Shown here piece after piece: positions 25,201 through 32,000 of a stretch of 32,000 nt of DNA. The stretch is from the NCBI RefSeq assembly GCF_000018105.1, contig NC_009925.1, positions 750,001-782,000 on the forward strand, read 5' to 3'. The position numbers were made by a program, and so were the translations under genes. The notes under the pieces are model-generated. The model did not search any database. It was not told where the DNA came from and worked only from the letters and a program-made list of their open reading frames with translations. The stretch comes from Acaryochloris marina MBIC11017 (GTDB taxonomy: Bacteria > Cyanobacteriota > Cyanobacteriia > Thermosynechococcales > Thermosynechococcaceae). The first letter of the stretch is position 1, and each line of letters opens with the position of its first letter.

Positions 25201-25492
25201 CTCACAGAAAATTATCCTTAACTACTGCAACTGAATCTCTGAGACCACACCAATATCAGCCTTGGCCGCTAATCTTCCCCACCGTGCCTTTTGCTTCGAT
25301 CTAATGGTCTCTCTTATCAACGCATCCCTACTCCCCCCTTGTCAGTGACCCAAAACAACCGTCATGGCTATTACGACTAGACCACCCTCCCTAGCGCCTC
25401 AGGAGGATCTATTTCTCCCGATCACGGCAAGAAAAACCAACCCAGTATTAGTTTCGTTAAACTCTGAGTAATCCTCTGTGAGTGAAATACCC

Positions 25493-26035
25493 ATGACCAA
25501 AATTGTTGGCATTGGCGGTAGCCTCAGAACCGCTTCTTACAGCATGATGGCGCTAGAATTAGCAGCCGAGCGAGTTCAAGCCCTGGGTGCTGATATTCAA
25601 ATCTTGGATCTGAGAACCATGACCCTCCCTTTTTGTGATGGTGGCAAAGACTATTCAGAGTTTCCAGACGTTCATGTCCTGCAAGAGGTCGTCACTGCAG
25701 CCGACGGTTTAATCTTGGCTACCCCGGAATATCACGGCAGTGTCAGTGGGGTGATTAAGAATGCCCTGGACTTAATGGGGTTTACAGAGCTGGGCGGCAA
25801 AGTCACTGGATTAATCAGTGTTTTGGGGGGACAGCCCAATAGCAATGCCCTTAACGAAATGCGACTAATTATGCGGTGGGTTCACGCATGGGTCATTCCA
25901 GAACAAATTGCCATTGGTCAAGCTTGGCGGGCTTTTGATGAAGACGGAAAATTAATGGATGACAAACTAGCCGAACGGTTAGATTCCTTTGCCCAAAGTT
26001 TGGTTACCAATACCCAAAAACTGAGTCAGAAATAG
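25493..26035 (+). CDS. NAD(P)H-dependent FMN reductase family oxidoreductase
   Basis: Motifs are IVGIGGSLRTASYS and LATPEYHGSVSGVIKNALD. The ATG at 25493 is preferred over the GTG at 25478. Confidence 0.8.
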   Translation: MTKIVGIGGSLRTASYSMMALELAAERVQALGADIQILDLRTMTLPFCDGGKDYSEFPDVHVLQEVVTAADGLILATPEYHGSVSGVIKNALDLMGFTELGGKVTGLISVLGGQPNSNALNEMRLIMRWVHAWVIPEQIAIGQAWRAFDEDGKLMDDKLAERLDSFAQSLVTNTQKLSQK

Positions 26036-26218
26036 TATCAAAACCAACCTTAGAATCTGTATCGGAGTGGAAAAGTGGGGCAAGCCAGGGCACTATTGTT
26101 AGTGACCCATCTCGATGATGGGAAAAACCATTTTTGGGGCTGTGGGAGCTTGCAGACTATCTTCCACCACCGCCCTGTCTCACCCTTCAAACGGAACTAG
26201 CGACTCAACTTCACTTTT

Positions 26219-27136
26219 ATGTCTAACGCGCATTCATCTAAGGTTTCAATCTATGCAGCCATGGCTGCCAATATTGCCATTGGCATCGCTAAGTTTATCG
26301 GTGCCGGAATTAGCGGCAGCTCAGCCATGTTATCAGAGGGCATTCATTCTGTGGTGGATTCCACCAATGAAGTGCTATTACTCTACGGTCTTCATAAGAG
26401 TGAAACGGGACCAGATGAACAGCATCCCCTGGGCTATGGACAAGAACTTTATTTCTGGTCTTTGATCGTTGCTGTTTTGATCTTTGCTTTAGGCGGTGGC
26501 CTTTCCATCTTTGAAGGCATTACGAGCATGCAAGTGCAGGCCCCAGCCCATGATCCTATGCTCAGCTATATCGTCTTGGCCGCCTCCGCTGTATTTGAGG
26601 GAATTGCTTTATTCGTCTCGATTCGTGAGTTTAATAAGGCCACCCCGAAAACCTCCAGTAGTTTCTGGAAAACCTTAAGCAACAGCAAAGATCCCAGCTC
26701 GTTTATTGTTATTTTTGAAGACTGTGCTGCGTTGATTGGTCTAGGGGTGGCCTTTATCGGCGTATTTATGACCGAACTGAAGGGCAATTCTATCTACGAC
26801 AGTATTGCCTCCATTATCATCGGGCTATTGCTAACCGTGGTTGCCGTTGTGCTGGTTATTGAAACCAAAGGTTTACTCATTGGTGAAAGTGCTTCACCAG
26901 AAACCCGCGAGAGTATTAAACAGATTGTTAAATCGGATGATGCCGTCACTCGCATGGAGTCCCCCATCACCCTCCACTTTGGTCCCCAAGATATAATGTT
27001 GGCCATGAACATCGAGTTTAGAGATGACCTCTCTTCCGATGAGATCGAAGCGGCTACCCGCCGTATTGAGCGAAAAATCCGAGAATCCCACACAGAAGTA
27101 AAGCGTATCTTTCTAGAAGCAGCTTCTGTCGTCTGA
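26219..27136 (+). CDS. Cation diffusion facilitator (CDF) family metal efflux transporter
   Basis: There are six predicted TM helices. TM2 carries SEGIHSVVDSTNE and TM5 carries FEDCAALIGLG. A cytoplasmic C-terminal domain is present. Confidence 0.82.
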   Translation: MSNAHSSKVSIYAAMAANIAIGIAKFIGAGISGSSAMLSEGIHSVVDSTNEVLLLYGLHKSETGPDEQHPLGYGQELYFWSLIVAVLIFALGGGLSIFEGITSMQVQAPAHDPMLSYIVLAASAVFEGIALFVSIREFNKATPKTSSSFWKTLSNSKDPSSFIVIFEDCAALIGLGVAFIGVFMTELKGNSIYDSIASIIIGLLLTVVAVVLVIETKGLLIGESASPETRESIKQIVKSDDAVTRMESPITLHFGPQDIMLAMNIEFRDDLSSDEIEAATRRIERKIRESHTEVKRIFLEAASVV

Positions 27137-27161
27137 CCAGCACTATCTAGGGAGCTAGGTG

Positions 27162-27467
27162 ATGAGTCCCCAGCCTTTCCAACCGCCAGACGAATTTGAG
27201 TCTTTACTGTCAACTCAACGCCAAACGAACGCTGATTTGGAACGAGATTTAGCTGAACTGTCAGAAGACAGTCGTCGGGCGGTAGCAGATAACCAACGGA
27301 CGATGCAGAAATTTTTTGGAATTCTGCTGGTGGTTGGGTTAGCGCTGGGAGCGGTCACCGCCGTTGGGGTCGTGCATTTTATCCAGTGGTTGCGCTCGAC
27401 AACGAACTCTGAACCTCAGCCACCTAATCAGAGCTGGGTAGATACCTCTAAGGGTTTTAAAATCTAG
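27162..27467 (+). CDS. Hypothetical single-TM protein
   Basis: GGAG lies 8 nt upstream of the ATG at 27162. A charged, coiled-coil-like N-terminus is followed by one TM helix (FFGILLVVGLALGAVTAVGVV). Confidence 0.5.
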   Translation: MSPQPFQPPDEFESLLSTQRQTNADLERDLAELSEDSRRAVADNQRTMQKFFGILLVVGLALGAVTAVGVVHFIQWLRSTTNSEPQPPNQSWVDTSKGFKI

Positions 27468-28669
27468 AGCCGATTTGCTGCAAATAATTGCGAGAGTTTC
27501 TCTACTTCAGTTTCTATATTGTGATCCGCAAGTACCCGTTCAGACCCAACTTGTCCCATTTCTTGGAGTTGGACTGTACTGGTGGCTAAACTAACTTGAA
27601 TCGCATCCTTTAAAGCTGTAACTGACCCCGCTGGAATCAACCAGCCATGGCTAGGTTCTACTAATTCAGGGATACCTGCAATATAGGTGGAAATTACAGG
27701 ACGTCTTAGGGCTAAAGCTTCCATTAAAACGACGGGTAAGCCTTCTGCAAAGCTCGGTAAAACTTTAACTTTGGCCCCTAGTAAATAGTTCCGAATATGG
27801 ATACTGCTCACCCATCCTGTGATGGTAACTACCTCTTCTAAATGTACTGCGGCAATGGCGGATTCTATGGCAGCACGGGATTCACCATCTCCGACCAAAG
27901 TCAACTTAATTTCGACTCCCTCTTGGATCAACTGGGAAACAGCCTCAACCAACAAAAGTTGTCCCTTTGCAGGACAAAGACGGCCAATACAAACGATATG
28001 AGGCGTTTCTGGCAACGCGGTAGGGGGTTGATGCAGAAATATTTGATCTAATCCACAGCGAACAATGTGGATTTTAGACCAATGTTGAGGGTTACTCCAA
28101 CGATAGAGTTGGCTTTGGCCAAAGGAGCTAACTGCCACCACAAAATCAGCACGGGCAACCTTGGTCGCTAAGTGAAGAATCTGGGGTTTATCAAATTCGT
28201 CGGGCCCGTGCACCGTAAAGCTATAGGAAGGTCCACCCAAGGCATGACACAACATGGCGACGGCAGCAGGGTTCGTGCCGAAATGGGCATGAACATGGTC
28301 AACCCCTGCAACGCCTAGCCAAAACAGGAAAACACTTGCTTCTGCCAAGTAGATAAAGTGCCGCCACAAGCCACGATCAGAATGCCAACCAATCTTAAGG
28401 GTTAACCCCAGAGCTTTAACAAAGGCAAGGGGGCGGCTAAACATGACCCAAATCAATGCTAAAACAAGTCCTAAGACGCCAACGGACAGCAGGACTTGAG
28501 TCTTATCTAGCTCTGCCACATCATCAGGATCGATGAGCTGATCAGGACAGGGACGAATGGAATAACGGCGAATATTCAACCCCTGTGCTTCTAAGGCCAA
28601 AATTTCACGGCGAATAAAGCTATGACTGACCTTGGGGTATTGATTAATCAGATAAGCAACCGTAGTCAT
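27464..28669 (-). CDS. Glycosyltransferase family 4 (WcaL-like exopolysaccharide GT)
   Basis: The N-terminus VAYLINQYPKVSHSFIRREI is typical of WcaL-like GT4 proteins. The C-terminal EGLPVVLMEALALRRPVIST carries the EX7E motif. Confidence 0.82.
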   Translation of the reverse strand: MTTVAYLINQYPKVSHSFIRREILALEAQGLNIRRYSIRPCPDQLIDPDDVAELDKTQVLLSVGVLGLVLALIWVMFSRPLAFVKALGLTLKIGWHSDRGLWRHFIYLAEASVFLFWLGVAGVDHVHAHFGTNPAAVAMLCHALGGPSYSFTVHGPDEFDKPQILHLATKVARADFVVAVSSFGQSQLYRWSNPQHWSKIHIVRCGLDQIFLHQPPTALPETPHIVCIGRLCPAKGQLLLVEAVSQLIQEGVEIKLTLVGDGESRAAIESAIAAVHLEEVVTITGWVSSIHIRNYLLGAKVKVLPSFAEGLPVVLMEALALRRPVISTYIAGIPELVEPSHGWLIPAGSVTALKDAIQVSLATSTVQLQEMGQVGSERVLADHNIETEVEKLSQLFAANRL

Positions 28670-28904
28670 AATTGGGTCGGCAATGGTAGTCCTAGACTAC
28701 CCTGGGTAGCAATTTTTCTTGCGCTGCGTATGGGGATGAACGGTCTGAAGTAACATCAGCTCCAGCACCTTTCACTCACATACTACTGCGGTGGAGAAAT
28801 ATCACGTAGTGATTTAGATCTGTATCTTCTTCTTTGAAGTGGCTAATAGATATCTACTCTTTGAACAAGATAGGATCCGTGTTAGTGCACGATAGGAATT
28901 CCCC

Positions 28905-29819
28905 ATGGCAAAGTCCCGCATTCTCCTGCTTGGTGCGCAAGGACAATTAGGCCAAGAATTACAAAAAACGTTGCCAACGATGGGTGAACTGATTGCTGTG
29001 GGAAAAGAGACGGTCGATCTGGCTGTCCCTGAACAATTACACGAAGCGATCCTACCCGTTCAGCCAGACATTATCGTTAATGCCGCAGCTTATACGGCGG
29101 TTGACCGGGCTGAGTCAGAGGTTAAATTAGCTCATACAGTAAATCAAAAAGCCCCTACAGTCCTAGCCGAACTCGCCCAGACATTAGGTGCGTTACTCAT
29201 CCATATTTCGACAGACTATGTGTTTGATGGAACTCAAAGCCATCCTTACACTGAATCCGATGCTCCCCATCCTCAAAGTGTCTATGGCCATTCAAAATGG
29301 CAAGGAGAAGAGGGCATTCGCCAAACCTGGGATCAGCATATTATTTTACGGACGGCCTGGGTTTACGGTACCCAAGGCAAAGGTAATTTTGTGAAAACGA
29401 TGTTGCGACTCGGCAGGGAGCGATCAGACGTTCGGGTTGTGGATGACCAAGTTGGCACGCCCACATGGGCCAAGGAGATTGGAGACGCGATCGCATCCCT
29501 GATTCACCACTGGTCCACCTCGGATCCGGTCACCCAAGCAGAACTGTATGGCACCTATCATTTCACCAACCGTGGAGTCGCCAGCTGGTATGATTTCGCC
29601 GTTGCCATCTTTGCTGAAGCCCAAGCTCTGGGTGTTCCCCTTCAAATCGAACGGGTCATCCCCATTACCACGCCGGAATATCCGCTACCGGCCCCAAGGC
29701 CAGCCTATTCTGTCTTGAGCAATTGCAAAATTACCCCCATCCTGGGGCAACCTGCCCCCCATTGGCGACAGTCTTTACGCCAGATGTTGCAGGAGCTAAT
29801 TCAAGACGCCTCCATATAA
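28905..29819 (+). CDS. rfbD: dTDP-4-dehydrorhamnose reductase
   Basis: Motifs are ILLLGAQGQLGQEL (Rossmann fold), NAAAYTAVDRAESE, STDYVFDG, the catalytic YGHSKWQGE, and TPTWA. Confidence 0.88.
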   Translation: MAKSRILLLGAQGQLGQELQKTLPTMGELIAVGKETVDLAVPEQLHEAILPVQPDIIVNAAAYTAVDRAESEVKLAHTVNQKAPTVLAELAQTLGALLIHISTDYVFDGTQSHPYTESDAPHPQSVYGHSKWQGEEGIRQTWDQHIILRTAWVYGTQGKGNFVKTMLRLGRERSDVRVVDDQVGTPTWAKEIGDAIASLIHHWSTSDPVTQAELYGTYHFTNRGVASWYDFAVAIFAEAQALGVPLQIERVIPITTPEYPLPAPRPAYSVLSNCKITPILGQPAPHWRQSLRQMLQELIQDASI

Positions 29820-30803
29820 TGGAGCCACTTCAGGGTAGCCGTTATAAATTAACGTGGGCTGTCGTTCCCATACGGCTGGATGCACCCCAGTGCCAATCAA
29901 ACGCTCCTCCGCTTGAGACCAACGAGGATGGGGAATATTCGGGTTGACATTGGCTTCAAACCCATATTCATCCGGCGCTAAGGTATTCCAAAAGGTGGGG
30001 GGCTGAAAGTTCATAAACTCAATTTTAACAATGGATTTCGCACCCTTGAATCCATATTTCCACGGCGTAACCATGCGGATCGGTGCCCCATGCTGTTTCG
30101 GCAAGAGATGGCCATAAATCCCCACCGCAAAAAACGCTAAGTCATGGGCCATTTCATCAATTCGCAAGCTTTCTGTGTAGGGCCAGGGCAAACCGCTGGA
30201 ATCCGTAAACCCGCCGGGGCCAGGGGTGACCTGGGGATCGTAGTAAGAGGTAAAGCGCACAAACTTGGCATTGGATTTGGGTTCGACGTCTTGCAGTAGC
30301 GATCGCATCGGGAATCCCAACCACGGCACCACCATGGCCCAAGCTTCTACACATCTAAATCGGTAGATCCGTTCCTCTAGGGGGAATTTCTGGGTTAAAT
30401 CATCCAAATCATAGGTCTGAGGCCGATTTACCAGCCCCGTCACCTCCAACTTCCAAGGATCCGTCGGCAGCGCTTGAGCCGCTTGCCAAATATCTTTTGT
30501 CCCGCCAAATTCATAGAAATTGTTATAGCGACTCGTTTTCGCCTCTGGCGTCACCGTCAATCCCTGTCCAGAATAGATGGGAGACCGTTTGACATTAGGA
30601 AGCTGGCCTTGAGGTAACGTTGCCTGGAGGTCCGGCTCAATCTCGCTATCTGACCGAGAACAACTAATGCTGGGAAAGACGGTTGCACCAATGCCAAAGC
30701 CAATCATATTTTTTAGAAATCGTCGCCGATGCCAATAAGCCGTTTCTGAAGTGATCGGCTGCGATTCGATCTGCCAAGGCTTAGGAATGCGAATAAGAAC
30801 CAT
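29796..30803 (-). CDS. msrP: Molybdopterin-dependent protein-methionine-sulfoxide reductase catalytic subunit (MsrP/YedY-like)
   Basis: It has a Tat signal HRRRFLKNMIGFGIGA and motifs YNNFYEFG, RCVEAWAMVVPW and HGAPIRMVTPWKYGFKGAKSIVKIEF. I chose the ATG at 30803. Confidence 0.85.
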   Translation of the reverse strand: MVLIRIPKPWQIESQPITSETAYWHRRRFLKNMIGFGIGATVFPSISCSRSDSEIEPDLQATLPQGQLPNVKRSPIYSGQGLTVTPEAKTSRYNNFYEFGGTKDIWQAAQALPTDPWKLEVTGLVNRPQTYDLDDLTQKFPLEERIYRFRCVEAWAMVVPWLGFPMRSLLQDVEPKSNAKFVRFTSYYDPQVTPGPGGFTDSSGLPWPYTESLRIDEMAHDLAFFAVGIYGHLLPKQHGAPIRMVTPWKYGFKGAKSIVKIEFMNFQPPTFWNTLAPDEYGFEANVNPNIPHPRWSQAEERLIGTGVHPAVWERQPTLIYNGYPEVAPLYGGVLN

Positions 30804-31060
30804 GAAGTGAACCTGATAGCGGGATATCTGTATCTTTCCCGTTCGCTGCAGTACTTCAACTACCAACGGGCATCAACCCCGGACCTCTAGCTTAGCGAAG
30901 TCAGAGAGCCTGGCGAATCTCCACCATAATCGCTATGCTCTTGCCAGCACGAATCAGGCAGTTTTTAATTGAAAAGATGCCCTGAGCATTCGTTTCATCC
31001 AATGGTTCCGAAGATCATCCATAGTCTTCAAGTGTCCAGCCACTCTAGTCTTTGAGCAAC

Positions 31061-31987
31061 ATGACTGATTCAACCCCCGAACCTCAAATCGTCAATATCA
31101 GAGATCGACAGCAGCAGCTCATTCGCCAGCGCAAACAAAAATTTCGGCGCGGTGCTTGGCGGACATTGATCATCTTAGGCATGACGGTAGGATTGGGATG
31201 GGCAGTCTGCCAACCCGAATGGCAAATTCAACAATCGAATCAAGTCACCCTAACGGGGAATGAAGCCATCGACAGCCAGACCCTGGAACACCTGATGGTG
31301 CTACAGTTTCCGACTTCTCTGATTCGCTTTCAGCCTCAAACCTTGATTGCTCAGTTGAAAAACAACGCCCATGTTAACCATGTGATTGTGACGCGGAAGC
31401 TGTTTCCTCCTAGGGTAAATGTGGTCGTGCGAGAATTACCCCCGGTGGCCATGACGGAATGTAAAGGATGCACCCTCGTCCTAAAGCCCGGTCAAGCTGA
31501 TTCCACCACCTTGGGGCCGGCCAATGTTTGGTTATTAGATCAGCGGGGCGTCGTTCTACCCGCTGATAGTTATCCCAAACTGGAAAAAGCCCATCAACTT
31601 CCCAAACTCACCTTAAAAGGCTATTTACAACCTGAAGCCAATGAGGACACTTCAGACAATCCCCCTGTCGATTCAGCGACGCAACTTGTTTCAATTGACC
31701 GTCAAAAACAACAACAATGGCAGCAGATGTATGCCTCAATGGAGACGAGTCCCGTTCAGATTAAACATCTCAATTGGGAAAACCCGAATAAACTGATGCT
31801 GACCACCAAATTGGGCCAGATTCATATTGGTCCATTTAGTGACAATTTTGATCGGCAACTTCAAGCCTTAGATGAAATGCGAACATTGCCTAAATCTGTC
31901 GATCCGAAGCAGATTGTTTATATTGACATCCAAAATCCTGAAAGTCCCGTTCTAGAATTGCGGAAACCATCCCCACCTAGTTCTTAA
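31061..31987 (+). CDS. ftsQ: Cell division protein FtsQ/DivIB-like (POTRA domain)
   Basis: A basic N-terminus is followed by a single TM helix (WRTLIILGMTVGLGWAV). A POTRA-like segment follows (VTLTGNEAIDSQTLEHL...VIVTRKLFPPRVNVVVRE). The ATG at 31061 is preferred over the TTG at 31052. Confidence 0.7.
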   Translation: MTDSTPEPQIVNIRDRQQQLIRQRKQKFRRGAWRTLIILGMTVGLGWAVCQPEWQIQQSNQVTLTGNEAIDSQTLEHLMVLQFPTSLIRFQPQTLIAQLKNNAHVNHVIVTRKLFPPRVNVVVRELPPVAMTECKGCTLVLKPGQADSTTLGPANVWLLDQRGVVLPADSYPKLEKAHQLPKLTLKGYLQPEANEDTSDNPPVDSATQLVSIDRQKQQQWQQMYASMETSPVQIKHLNWENPNKLMLTTKLGQIHIGPFSDNFDRQLQALDEMRTLPKSVDPKQIVYIDIQNPESPVLELRKPSPPSS

Positions 31988-32000
31988 CCTTAAGAAAAAC

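Noticed and set aside
26115-26465. 116-aa plus-strand ORF overlapping the 5' part of the CDF transporter gene in another frame
   Set aside because: The CDF frame (26219-27136) has clear family motifs. The alternative frame has a Ser/Leu/Pro-rich, non-protein-like sequence.
1-32000. Search for CRISPR arrays, IS elements or transposases, integrases, rRNA and tRNA genes
   Set aside because: I found no regularly spaced direct repeats, no transposase- or integrase-like ORF, no long terminal inverted repeats and no rRNA- or tRNA-like sequence in either strand.

Overview
The window looks like a cyanobacterial chromosomal segment. I count 19 exact copies of the HIP1 octamer GCGATCGC where about 0.5 would be expected by chance, and the gene content is typical of cyanobacteria. 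I can support about 34 protein-coding genes and three to four intrinsic terminators. I found no rRNA, tRNA, CRISPR array, transposase or integrase.

Recognisable genes, in order:
- modA and a fused modBC (molybdate ABC transporter)
- a NUDIX hydrolase, a DUF423 membrane protein and a PAT-like GNAT
- a triple-SLH cell-envelope protein
- nadK and nfi (endonuclease V)
- an S51 peptidase and a UPF0182 membrane protein
- metF
- an OmpR-type response regulator operon
- an FMN reductase and a CDF transporter
- a GT4 glycosyltransferase, rfbD, msrP and ftsQ

The most unusual content:
1. An AT-rich, HIP1-free patch at 6.96-10.96 kb. It encodes a protein with a heme-oxygenase-like diiron ligand set fused to an MshEN-like (c-di-GMP-receptor-type) double motif. 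Next to it are a cytokinin-dehydrogenase-like flavoenzyme with Cys at the expected flavinylation His, and a GNAT interrupted by transmembrane helices.
2. A 12.86-16.06 kb stretch with two orphan acidic small ORFs, a non-coding cluster of TGACA pentamers, a NucS-like/DUF4268 protein whose nuclease motif looks degenerate, and a pentapeptide-repeat protein.
3. A three-gene operon (LapA-like membrane protein, atypical receiver-domain regulator, DUF192) in which the regulator lacks the conserved Thr and Lys.

All family assignments come from motif recognition by eye. None has been checked against a database.
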